From a virus (taxonomy: Duplodnaviria > Caudoviricetes): 53,948 bases of DNA. Location of the stretch: positions 1 through 53,948 of the IMG/VR virus record IMGVR_UViG_3300043408_000051, one strand, 5' to 3'. This document shows, one piece after another, positions 34,780-43,911 of the stretch (positions are counted from its first letter, which is position 1; each line of letters begins with the position of its first letter). The position numbers and the translations under genes are program-made. The notes below the pieces were generated by a model that was not told the origin of the DNA, did no database searches, and saw only the letters and a list, made by a program, of their open reading frames with translations.

Positions 34780-36972
34780 TTACGGAGCGAAACTTCCCTC
34801 AACTCCAGCATAACTTCTAATACGATACGGGATGTGGCGAGGAATCCAATCGGAAAGGCTCTGCAATAGACGTGGGATTTTGATGTTTTTGTCAGTATAG
34901 TAAAATGACCTAGAAGCATGAGCGGTACCTGACCATACAACACCATAATCAGCAGGCATAGAGCCGTCAAAATACTCTGATGGGGCATATCCGCGTTCAA
35001 CTTGAGCATTGTCAAGATTCACTGTTTGACCTGTCAAAGTGCCAGAAACACGAGCCGTCATTGTAATAGTATTTTGGGGAGAAAAGTCAATTGGGATGTA
35101 CAACGTTGTATAAAATCTTTGCCATTCAGTTGTTAAAGAGCAAGATTGAACAGCACTTTCCGCATCTGTTCCCGTTTCATCAGTCACACCCAAAGTTATG
35201 TCTACGGTGCAAGGAGCACTTGCTTTCATATAAATAGAAAATACATAGTTATTATCGTCAAATATTGTGTACGTTGAGGAAGTGGCACAGGTGTGGATTA
35301 TTGATAGCGCATTAGTTCCACTAAGTCTCAAAGATTGAGTTCCTGGTACTCCTACAGGAACATCGGATACTAACGTTTTTGCAGAGTTCGTAGTCCATAG
35401 ATTTCCATTGGTTTCAAATGATGGATTACTAATTAGGTTTACTTTTCTAGGCTCTAGAAATACATCTAATCCACGTGGCTCATCATAGTTTGTTAAATCA
35501 ATCGTTGCTCCAAGTTGGACCATATCAATGTAATAAGTTCCTGGAGTTGTTAAGTAAATTCTAATTCCAGCATAAACAGCACCTGCTGGGGATGTTGCTA
35601 CTAAAGTAGTTCTCTGAACTTGTCCAATTGTTCCTAGTTCAGTGCCCATTACTCTAGAGCCAATTATTTTTCCTAGTTCGTCATACCAGTATAACGCTGG
35701 AGTGAGGGTTCCATTAGCAACTGTTTTTGCGTAAAAAGATAACGTATAACTTTTAGCAGGAACAACAGGAATTCCTTTTGTAATTGGATTGTCTCTACCT
35801 AAAGAAATAGCAGTTCCACCAGCAGCAGTTCCCGTTGCAGCAGTTGGAATCATTGGAGCATTGACGCTTGCATAAGTAAAAGTTGTTAATGATGGGACAG
35901 TTGTAACTGTAAACGTTCCGTTATAGGTAGAGTCAACACCAGAAACAACAACAGTATCTCCAACCTCTAAGCCGTGATTTACGTTAGTTGTTAATTGAGC
36001 AACATCGTTAAATCTTTGTTTAGTTGTTACTGTAGGCAAAACTGTTATTACTTTTCCAGACCACACTGTGTCAATAGCATTTGTTTCTGTTGCTAAAACT
36101 TGTGTGTTATCTGCAGATAAAGTCCCAGCCGTTGCCGTCCAACGTCCTACACCTTCTTTAAAGGTAGCATCTTGCATATCCAAAAGAAGATTCGGGGACT
36201 TAGTTAAAACAGGTGCGTAACCACTTAAAGATTCAATGTAATTATTAATTCCTAACTCAGTTCCTTTTAAAGCAAAAAGTCGTGCAGACTCACGCACCAT
36301 CTTTTTTTGATTCTTAAAGGCTAAGCCTCTTTCTAAATAAAGACCGTAACTTAAAAACTTATAACCTAAAAATTGAGGAGGAAGTTTAGACTCTCCAAAA
36401 GAAGGCTTAATTAAGTCAGCATAAGTTAAGATTTGGTCATACGTAAACCCAAAAGAATCTAAAAAGTTATACAGAACTGTGTCTTTTTCGATAGGTCCAG
36501 TAGGACTTCCGTCTTTAGTAGTAAAGATTCTTGGAAGCACGTTGTACAAATTGTCAGTGCCGTTTAACTTTTTAGGTATTAATACATAGGTAGAACCAGC
36601 AGAAACCCATACTTTTGTCGAAGTATACAAAAAGACTGTATAATAAATAAATTGACCAGGAATTAAGCCTTTGTAGTAAGTCTCAGAAACATTGTCTTCG
36701 CCATCAATAATAGAGTTTCGAGAAACTTGCCCACTGATATTTGTTTGAGACACTTGTTGCCAAACAATTGTCCCATCCTCAGCACTTTCTGGAAAGTTAT
36801 TGTTATTTCGTACAAGCCTAAATTGAGAAAAATCTCCTTGCGGTAATTGCCAAAATAGTTGTACTTTTTCGTAGGTTAATGCGTAAGCAAGGAAGGGTGT
36901 AACGTTATAAACAAGACGCGGAGAGTTACCATAGTACGCTCCACGATAAATGGAACCAGCATATTTTGCCAC
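34780..36972 (-). CDS. baseplate wedge/tail protein (P2 gpI-like) with carbohydrate-binding-like domains
   Basis: LYNVLPRIF...LFALKGT..GI..YI wedge segment; NLISNPSFE CBM-like domains; NHGLEVGDTVVVSG..YNGTFTV beta domain. Confidence 0.7.
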   Translation of the reverse strand: MAKYAGSIYRGAYYGNSPRLVYNVTPFLAYALTYEKVQLFWQLPQGDFSQFRLVRNNNNFPESAEDGTIVWQQVSQTNISGQVSRNSIIDGEDNVSETYYKGLIPGQFIYYTVFLYTSTKVWVSAGSTYVLIPKKLNGTDNLYNVLPRIFTTKDGSPTGPIEKDTVLYNFLDSFGFTYDQILTYADLIKPSFGESKLPPQFLGYKFLSYGLYLERGLAFKNQKKMVRESARLFALKGTELGINNYIESLSGYAPVLTKSPNLLLDMQDATFKEGVGRWTATAGTLSADNTQVLATETNAIDTVWSGKVITVLPTVTTKQRFNDVAQLTTNVNHGLEVGDTVVVSGVDSTYNGTFTVTTVPSLTTFTYASVNAPMIPTAATGTAAGGTAISLGRDNPITKGIPVVPAKSYTLSFYAKTVANGTLTPALYWYDELGKIIGSRVMGTELGTIGQVQRTTLVATSPAGAVYAGIRIYLTTPGTYYIDMVQLGATIDLTNYDEPRGLDVFLEPRKVNLISNPSFETNGNLWTTNSAKTLVSDVPVGVPGTQSLRLSGTNALSIIHTCATSSTYTIFDDNNYVFSIYMKASAPCTVDITLGVTDETGTDAESAVQSCSLTTEWQRFYTTLYIPIDFSPQNTITMTARVSGTLTGQTVNLDNAQVERGYAPSEYFDGSMPADYGVVWSGTAHASRSFYYTDKNIKIPRLLQSLSDWIPRHIPYRIRSYAGVEGSFAP

Positions 36973-36983
36973 TGGTCCACCTC

Positions 36984-37421
36984 CTAAACCATCTGAATAG
37001 CGAGGTAATCAACAAATAGTGTTATAGGATTTTGTGAATCTGTAATAGCAACATTCATTACTGCTTCGTAACCAAATTGAGTTGCACTAACTGTTTTTGC
37101 TGTTGCATACCCATTTTTAACAGTTGTACCGTAACGAACTTGTAAAAATACGAGAGGTGGAGAAGTAAACCGTCCTACACCAAATGTTTTAGTTCCAATA
37201 ATTAATTGGTCACCAGTAGTGGTGGTAGTTAGGTTTACTGTGCCTGTTTCAATAGCGTAAGGAACTTGACCCTCTCTATTGATTCTCCCATTAAAAGTTT
37301 GAACTCCTGAAAAAGTATTATCTGCAACTTTTGAAGCATAGGAAGTTAAATCAGGCAGGGCAATAGCAAGGGAATCCCAAGCATTCCCGTTCCAAACGTA
37401 TACTTCTCTATATGTAGGCAT
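36984..37421 (-). CDS. tail fibre-associated protein
   Basis: YVWNGNAW, NTFSGVQTF; beta-rich C-terminus. Confidence 0.6.
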   Translation of the reverse strand: MPTYREVYVWNGNAWDSLAIALPDLTSYASKVADNTFSGVQTFNGRINREGQVPYAIETGTVNLTTTTTGDQLIIGTKTFGVGRFTSPPLVFLQVRYGTTVKNGYATAKTVSATQFGYEAVMNVAITDSQNPITLFVDYLAIQMV

Positions 37422-37423
37422 TT

Positions 37424-37609
37424 TTACTCAGGGTTACTAAACTTCGTGCCGTCGTACTTCATACCAGCAACAACGCTGTCTTTTTCGTTATCAAATTCAA
37501 CTACTTTTGGTTGACTTAGAAAAATAGCAGCAAGTTTGTCATCGGTTTGAAGAATTTCTGCTACTTCTCCATCAAGAACAAACGCTAAAAATCTTCTGTT
37601 TTCCGCCAT
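37424..37609 (-). CDS. small tail-fibre assembly-like protein
   Basis: LAFVLDGEV...GMKYDGTKFS.P, similar to fibre chaperone endings. Confidence 0.55.
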   Translation of the reverse strand: MAENRRFLAFVLDGEVAEILQTDDKLAAIFLSQPKVVEFDNEKDSVVAGMKYDGTKFSNPE

Positions 37610-37610
37610 G

Positions 37611-37892
37611 TTATTCTCCTTCTGTGTTTGTAGGTTCTATAGTAACAGCCCCCCATAGTCCAATGGGGCATGAAGCATGGGCTAATTTTGTTTTCTCTGT
37701 CATAAAACACCCACATTTAGTACACGTTTTAGTGGCTTTAACTAAATGTTTACATCCAAGACAATGATTAAGACGGTAATCCCGAGTTTCATCGTCTACT
37801 CGCTTTACATTAGGGTTAAGTAAATCCCATGGACGAACAGGGTCACCTGGGTTTTTTTCTTTCCATAACTGCCACGGACTTTTTTCACTCAT
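37611..37892 (-). CDS. Cys-rich DUF6171-like protein
   Basis: RLNHCLGC...CTKCGCFM..K.....CPIGLW. Confidence 0.65.
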   Translation of the reverse strand: MSEKSPWQLWKEKNPGDPVRPWDLLNPNVKRVDDETRDYRLNHCLGCKHLVKATKTCTKCGCFMTEKTKLAHASCPIGLWGAVTIEPTNTEGE

Positions 37893-37893
37893 A

Positions 37894-39210
37894 TTATGCT
37901 CCTGGTTGCTTTACCTGTATTGAACCAATTGTATTACCCTCTTGGTAATTTGAAGGGTAACCAAATATACCGAAGTTACTTCCCGCAGGAGAGGTAAACG
38001 AGGAGTAAGACAAGACCTTAATCTGGTCTGAGTACGCGTTATCTCTATACACGTTTACTACCAAATCAGGCCCTACTCCAAGAACTCGAACAGCCTTAAA
38101 GTTTTCCCCAATATCAAACTGTTGTTCTACAGTGATAGTTCCGTTAACTGACTTAACTAGATACATTTTGTAATCATAATTGTATCCAGTAGCGGTTTGT
38201 TCTGCAACTGGGCAGACTTGACGAGAACCTGTTTGAGCACAGTTTGGGTAACCACAAACAACGTTTTGAGTTGTAGTTCCTCCTGGACAACTTAAAGTTG
38301 TTGTACACACGTCTGGGTTAGCAGTTATACATGCTCCTGGAACACTCTCATATCCAATGCAAGATTCGGCATAACTTCCTGGTAGTTGTTCACACACTTG
38401 AGTTGTAACGTTTCTTGTTGTACAGACTGTATCTCTATCACAACAGAAGGACGATGTTGTACACACGTCTGGTCCAGGACTACAAACTCTTCCCCATTTA
38501 GGATAGTTATAACAAGTAATTGGTCCTGCTGTACAAGTTGTTTTGCTGCACGTTTTAATACAGACATTAGAGCAAGTTGTTTCAGGCATAGTTACATATT
38601 GGCAAGACAATCCACCAGATATGTAGGTGGTTGTGCAGCCATAACCAACGAGTTGGTCAGGGGCACGCACTGCACACCCACCTGATGTACAACTTTGAGT
38701 TGAGGTGTAACCACCAGGACAAATTGTTTGCTGACAAATATTATCTACAATGCAATAGCCTTGATTAACTAACGCCTGCGGGCAAAAAGAATACGTATAA
38801 GCAGTCTGGTTATTCCAACCAACTAAGCCCCACCAAGTAGTCGAAGAGTCCGCTCTAACTATTACACCAACGCCTGGGACCATCTCATTAGCCTGTAACT
38901 CAAAATCTGTTAAACCAGCATCAACTAAAGCAATTGGATAAGTTGATTTTGAAGTAGCAATTTGTGCTTTTCCATCAACTATATTAAATGTACCCCGAGA
39001 AACAGTCCAAAGTTGTCCTGTAGGAGATGTTCCTAGAGAAGATGCGTTTGCTCTTTCAAAAAAGTCTTTAAACTCAGATACAAAGAATTTACGCCAACTA
39101 CCGTCAACCTTAACGTAACCTTCTTTAGCCTTTAACCAAGCACCACCACTTTTAAAAAAGACTGAGCCTGACGAAACATATTCGTTGGCTACTTTAATCT
39201 GAATAGGCAT
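37894..39210 (-). CDS. tail fibre/adhesin: beta-sandwich with a 26-Cys insert
   Basis: VKVDGSW N-terminus, DFFERAN..LG lectin-like start, Cys-rich aa 143-333. Confidence 0.65.
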   Translation of the reverse strand: MPIQIKVANEYVSSGSVFFKSGGAWLKAKEGYVKVDGSWRKFFVSEFKDFFERANASSLGTSPTGQLWTVSRGTFNIVDGKAQIATSKSTYPIALVDAGLTDFELQANEMVPGVGVIVRADSSTTWWGLVGWNNQTAYTYSFCPQALVNQGYCIVDNICQQTICPGGYTSTQSCTSGGCAVRAPDQLVGYGCTTTYISGGLSCQYVTMPETTCSNVCIKTCSKTTCTAGPITCYNYPKWGRVCSPGPDVCTTSSFCCDRDTVCTTRNVTTQVCEQLPGSYAESCIGYESVPGACITANPDVCTTTLSCPGGTTTQNVVCGYPNCAQTGSRQVCPVAEQTATGYNYDYKMYLVKSVNGTITVEQQFDIGENFKAVRVLGVGPDLVVNVYRDNAYSDQIKVLSYSSFTSPAGSNFGIFGYPSNYQEGNTIGSIQVKQPGA

Positions 39211-39221
39211 ATTACTTAGAC

Positions 39222-39890
39222 CTACACAGTGTACTTAAGCCAAATATCTCCGTTATTTCCGCCAGTTGGGTCAGAAGTAGACACGGTGATATTACGAAGG
39301 CGGGAAGTTAATGCTTGGTCACCAGTAAGTGTTCCGCCAGTAATCTGGATAGTTGTGTCTACAGATAAAACTGAAGGATTAGAGTCAGAGTCCACCCAAA
39401 GAGTTCCTTGAGGTAATCCCAACGCTACGCCATCTGGCTGAGCCTGTTGATGAAGAACAGGTTTAATTTCTTGATTATTGATGAAAAGTTTTCCATCTTT
39501 GTCAACTTTAGTTAGGGTTGTTCCTGCTGCATTTTCAAATCGTAGTAAGTCTGCTGTTTGACTAGTAAATCCCTTTAGTTTCAAAGGAATGATTGCTGCA
39601 CCATTAGCCTGAATAGTATCTCCACCAGTGTTGTGTGTGTACTGAGTGTGAGAATCTCCAGAAATTCCGTATTCAATATTAGCAATACGTGCTTTTAAAG
39701 TTGCCCAAGTTTGGGTAGTTTTATCAAGAGTGCCTACCCAACCACTACTTATTTGTGGGTCAGTTCCAATAGTTGCTTGTAGAGCACGAACTTCATCTTG
39801 TAACGCATTAACGTGGTCTGCTAATACAAGGTCGGTAAAATCAACCTTGGTAGTAAAGCCTTTGACACCTGAAGGATACGAAGCGGGCAT
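39222..39890 (-). CDS. tail fibre protein
   Basis: ADHVNALQDEV, HTQY, ends VSTSDPTGGNNGDIW. Confidence 0.65.
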   Translation of the reverse strand: MPASYPSGVKGFTTKVDFTDLVLADHVNALQDEVRALQATIGTDPQISSGWVGTLDKTTQTWATLKARIANIEYGISGDSHTQYTHNTGGDTIQANGAAIIPLKLKGFTSQTADLLRFENAAGTTLTKVDKDGKLFINNQEIKPVLHQQAQPDGVALGLPQGTLWVDSDSNPSVLSVDTTIQITGGTLTGDQALTSRLRNITVSTSDPTGGNNGDIWLKYTV

Positions 39891-39917
39891 AGTTATTCTC
39901 CTAAACGACTAAGGTCA

Positions 39918-39953
39918 ATTTTGACGTTAAACAAGGATTTTGACTCCCTAAAC
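39918..39953 (-). promoter_or_regulatory. putative promoter GTTTAG-N24-CAAAAT
   Basis: Intergenic, upstream of the fibre genes; same spacing as the other sites. Confidence 0.55.
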
Positions 39954-39959
39954 AGGGTA

Positions 39960-40424
39960 TTAATGACTATGGCTAATGTTTGCTTTTTGGGTTATTTGAG
40001 TTTCTAAGGTAGCAATTCGTGTTTCATGGTCTTTTAGAGCAGCAGCCATGGCTAAAAGGGTGGCAACCAAATCAATCTCCGTAGTTCCATTGGCTGTACG
40101 CTCTGTTTTAAAATACGAAGTTAACCCTGTTAAAGAAACAGAGTCAGACAAAACTTTAACGTTTACACGTTTTCCATTTTTTGGTTTTCCAAAATTTCCA
40201 CTCCAAATTGGGTAACCTGGGTCACCACCTTCAAAGGCAATCCATACACCCTCACCCACATCAGGAACTTGTGTTTTAAGACTTGAAGTTTCTAAAGGCC
40301 ACGCCCAATTTAATTCTGCATCGCCAAATAATTGTGGCACTTTGCATTTGATTCTTCTATGTCCTTCAGAGTCTTTATTGTGAGTAACTACTCCTCGGTA
40401 AGTTCCTGGATACTCATTACTCAT
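39960..40424 (-). CDS. baseplate spike (gp5/gpV/VgrG OB-fold)
   Basis: YRGVV..NKD....RIKCKVPQ...WAWP...PDVGEGVWIAFEGGDPGYPIW; ends HSH. Confidence 0.85.
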   Translation of the reverse strand: MSNEYPGTYRGVVTHNKDSEGHRRIKCKVPQLFGDAELNWAWPLETSSLKTQVPDVGEGVWIAFEGGDPGYPIWSGNFGKPKNGKRVNVKVLSDSVSLTGLTSYFKTERTANGTTEIDLVATLLAMAAALKDHETRIATLETQITQKANISHSH

Positions 40425-41977
40425 TAGAGGACCTCAAGTACCACGTCTGGTTCTGCAAAAGTAAATATTTCATTTGGTGCAGCAGAAATTGCTGCCAAAC
40501 TCGGTGTTCCACCTGTTTTATAAAGAAAACGACATTTAGCCAGTTTGACACCCTCAACTGTTTGAAGAAGAGACTCTACGTTTTGAACAGTTAATTCTTG
40601 TCCAAAATCAACGAAGTTATACGAGTAGTTTTCAACAATGGCTGCTTTTATTGCTTTTTCAACAACTGTTTGACTAAATTCTGGTTGTCTTGTGTATTGA
40701 AGGTTCATAGTGACTGGAACGTATACGGGTTTAACAACAGTTAGTGTTGTTCCAACAAGCATTTTGTTTGCTAAAAAGGCTTCTACATCTGTTTTTAATA
40801 GGTTCCATTCTAAAGTTGCGGTTGGAACATTGTTGATAACCTCAATGCCAGGAGTAGCATCAAAATCAGAAAAAGAACGATAAGGAGCAACATATAAAGT
40901 TACTGCAGTGGCAGAAGTTCCGACTGCTTTTGCTTTTCCGCAATTTTCAACTGCCAAGGCTAAATTTTGAAAATCATCTAGAGTTACTGCTCTATTTTGA
41001 GTACGTAGATAAAGAGGTGCACTTATACGAATAGAGTCATTAGACTCTGGCTCATTTCCTCCAACAGCACCTTTAACGTTATTTACATCTAGTACGCCAT
41101 TTAAAGCAGAAACCTGTGTTTGTGAAAGACCAGGGACACGTGCAATATTAGTTAAAGTACCGCTTGGAACATTTCCAGAAATTCCTCCGCCAACAACATA
41201 TTTTGCTCTAATTGCTGATTGATATGTTGGAATTGCACCCGATACACCATCTCCAAAGAGTACAAAAACCTCATTATCTGCTGTTAAGCGTGTCGTATAC
41301 ACAGCATCGTTTGCACTAAAGTCAATTAAGTGACTTACTCTTTGCCACTTTTTCCAAGCAGTTCCACCTTGGACATAAATCTCTACACTATTTGAAACAA
41401 CTGGAAAATCTTCAATAAGAAACGTTTGAGATGGCTCTGCATCAGAAGTACCGAGTAAAACACCGTAAACGTTGTTTGCTTCAACTGTATTTAATTCTCC
41501 TTGATAGGCAAGAACTGTTGCTTCTCCTCGTGCTTGATTAGCAAATGGCGGAACAATAATGCTATCTGTTGTTGTAAAGGTGACGGTTTCTACAGTGTCG
41601 TTAGCAATTACTTCTCCAGAAACTCTAGTTTCTGCTGGAACGGTAACTGCAGAACCAGAGTTGTTATAAAAAACAACATCAACCGATGCGTTTTTATACC
41701 CAGAAGGAACATACCCATAGGTTTCTGCAATTGCTAAAATACTTTCACGCTGAGTTGCAGTTGACAAAAACGACTCATTAGCGATACGGTCAATGTAGTA
41801 GTTTGCAACGTCGCCAAGATATGCAAAGGCTTCTGCTAAAACTACACCGAAGTCGCTATTATCGGCACCATTCCATTCAGGAATTCTTTCCTTAATTCTT
41901 GCAATTAATTCTTCACGAAGGGCTTCGTAGTCCCTACTTGTGTAGTCAATTGTTACTGGGGTTTCATTAATTGCCAT
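40424..41977 (-). CDS. baseplate wedge protein (J/gp6-like)
   Basis: IDYTSRDY, ANESFLSTATQRES, FGDGVSG.IP, GG.EPES, RAVTLDDF. Confidence 0.88.
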   Translation of the reverse strand: MAINETPVTIDYTSRDYEALREELIARIKERIPEWNGADNSDFGVVLAEAFAYLGDVANYYIDRIANESFLSTATQRESILAIAETYGYVPSGYKNASVDVVFYNNSGSAVTVPAETRVSGEVIANDTVETVTFTTTDSIIVPPFANQARGEATVLAYQGELNTVEANNVYGVLLGTSDAEPSQTFLIEDFPVVSNSVEIYVQGGTAWKKWQRVSHLIDFSANDAVYTTRLTADNEVFVLFGDGVSGAIPTYQSAIRAKYVVGGGISGNVPSGTLTNIARVPGLSQTQVSALNGVLDVNNVKGAVGGNEPESNDSIRISAPLYLRTQNRAVTLDDFQNLALAVENCGKAKAVGTSATAVTLYVAPYRSFSDFDATPGIEVINNVPTATLEWNLLKTDVEAFLANKMLVGTTLTVVKPVYVPVTMNLQYTRQPEFSQTVVEKAIKAAIVENYSYNFVDFGQELTVQNVESLLQTVEGVKLAKCRFLYKTGGTPSLAAISAAPNEIFTFAEPDVVLEVL

Positions 41978-42381
41978 TAGATGTTCTCCTGATACTGAGG
42001 TTGTTTGTTGCCAATACTGACAAGAGCAATTACAGTAGTTTCTTCCTTATCGTTTGGTAATGAATAAGTAAGTATAACTTTAAGAGACCCGTTTGCATCG
42101 TCGTGCTCAAAAGAAGTTTCTAAGAGAGTCACTAAAGGAAGAAATTCAATGAACGCCTGTTGAATCTCAGCCTCCATATCACCCTGAATACCGCCCAATC
42201 CGTTTAGCCACTGATTGGCAATCCTTGTTCCAAAAGAAGGGCGTGCTATTCGTTCACCAACCATAGTGCCAATTACAGACGTAATTCTGTCAGCCCAAAT
42301 TTTACTAGGGTCTTGTGTTTTAGCAATATCACCATAACTATCTAAGCGAAAAGGAAAACTAATTGCGTACTCAGAAGACAT
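41977..42381 (-). CDS. gp25-like baseplate wedge protein
   Basis: ISFPF...T..GERI.RP.FG. Confidence 0.85.
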   Translation of the reverse strand: MSSEYAISFPFRLDSYGDIAKTQDPSKIWADRITSVIGTMVGERIARPSFGTRIANQWLNGLGGIQGDMEAEIQQAFIEFLPLVTLLETSFEHDDANGSLKVILTYSLPNDKEETTVIALVSIGNKQPQYQENI

Positions 42382-42383
42382 TA

Positions 42384-43631
42384 TTAAGCCCACTTTCCAG
42401 TCGAGGTTTTTGCTTTACCGTTAATAAATTCAATTGCTGGTTTTGTATATTTTGGTGATTTTTTTGTTGCGGATTGGTTTTTTAAAGTAGCGGGTATGTT
42501 AACACTTGGGTAATCTGACTGTTTACTAGCAGTTGAGTTCTTTCGTAAGTTTTGGTTTTTGCCATCACTTAGTAAAATTCCTTTACATTGATAAACACCA
42601 TTTACATTTAAATAATGAGTTACCTTATGAACTAGCCAATAACCATCAGCATCATCTAAAACTCCTTGAACTTCTACCAAAGAATTTGGCATTATTCTTG
42701 GGTCTCCTTGGCTTTGGAAATTTGCTGGTATATTAAAGCGTGCTTTTGCAGCCTTTGCTTTTGCAACAGATTGAGAAAAGTCTTTTGTATTCACAACAAC
42801 ATTAGTTAATTCTTGGTTAAAGATAGGGTCAGACTTTGTTTTTCTAACTTGTTGTTTATTTTTTGGTGATTCGGTTGTAGTAAAAGTAAGGGCTTTAATA
42901 GGGTCAACACCCCTAGTAATTTTAAAAGAGTTATTTGGCAAATCAGGGCTTTCTAAATAGTCTCCGTACAAAGGAGTAATTCTGTCTAATGTCTGTTCTT
43001 CCAAACTGGAATATGGTGGCATAAAGGTTTGCTCTTGAAAAAGAATAGGCATTCCACCAACTGACTCAGAGACTATCTCATCAATCGTCCTAAACAAGAG
43101 GGTTTTTTCTTTTACAGAAATGGTGTAACCACTCATTTCAGCAAGTCTTTGTAAGAACTCCCAGTCACTTTCTCCTTGTTGTGTAATTTGAGAGTATCGT
43201 GCAGGATGCCCACTAACCACAGCCTTTAAACCGTTTCTTTTTGCGATAACTTTAACTACATCGTCAATTGTTTTATTTATCCAAACACCTGATTTAGAGT
43301 CCTTCATTAAAAAAGTCAAACCTAAACAAATAATTTCACATTCTTTACTAGCCTGAACTGCATGTGTTCTTTGTACTCCGTAAACAACTCCAAAGAACTT
43401 TCCTTTAATTCCATTGGATGTTCGCCAATTTACTGTGACTGGAGACTGAGTTTTTAAACCTTTTAGCATAAAAAGACCAAAGTCAGAAAACTTTAAAGTC
43501 ATCATATCGTGCGTATTTACTGCTTGTACTAAAGTCATTTCATTAGCAGGCATAGAAAAGGTAGGGTAATCAGGAAACTCTACAGAAAAAGAGTTGTGTT
43601 CACGTGAGGAATATTTTTGGTTATAGGACAT
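42384..43631 (-). CDS. baseplate hub (gpD/gp27-like)
   Basis: QQGESDWEFLQRLA, GDPRI.P, GYWLV.KVTH. Confidence 0.85.
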   Translation of the reverse strand: MSYNQKYSSREHNSFSVEFPDYPTFSMPANEMTLVQAVNTHDMMTLKFSDFGLFMLKGLKTQSPVTVNWRTSNGIKGKFFGVVYGVQRTHAVQASKECEIICLGLTFLMKDSKSGVWINKTIDDVVKVIAKRNGLKAVVSGHPARYSQITQQGESDWEFLQRLAEMSGYTISVKEKTLLFRTIDEIVSESVGGMPILFQEQTFMPPYSSLEEQTLDRITPLYGDYLESPDLPNNSFKITRGVDPIKALTFTTTESPKNKQQVRKTKSDPIFNQELTNVVVNTKDFSQSVAKAKAAKARFNIPANFQSQGDPRIMPNSLVEVQGVLDDADGYWLVHKVTHYLNVNGVYQCKGILLSDGKNQNLRKNSTASKQSDYPSVNIPATLKNQSATKKSPKYTKPAIEFINGKAKTSTGKWA

Positions 43632-43902
43632 GGACTGGAATCCTTAATTGTTGCCCTGGAACTAACTCAAATGGGCTATGAATATCGTCGTTGTAATCCA
43701 TAATTACCCACCAAAGATTTGGGTCACCTAAAAACTTACTAGCAAGAATGTCTAATCTATCCCCTTCAACCCATGAGTAATAAAAAACTCCTGATACATT
43801 GTTTGGGAATACTCTGTAAACACCGACCTCAAAACTTTGTTTAACAGGGTGATAGCCTTTTAATAAAGTGCCGTCAGCATATCTACTGGAAAGTGGAATC
43901 AT
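43621..43902 (-). CDS. LysM/tail X-like baseplate protein
   Basis: EGDRLDILASKFLGDPNLWWVIMDYN...PGQQLRIP. Confidence 0.85.
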   Translation of the reverse strand: MIPLSSRYADGTLLKGYHPVKQSFEVGVYRVFPNNVSGVFYYSWVEGDRLDILASKFLGDPNLWWVIMDYNDDIHSPFELVPGQQLRIPVHVL

Positions 43903-43911
43903 GATAGCCCC

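Noticed and set aside
37894-39210. Diversity-generating retroelement target in the fibre genes
   Set aside because: No reverse transcriptase and no template/variable repeat pair seen in the window
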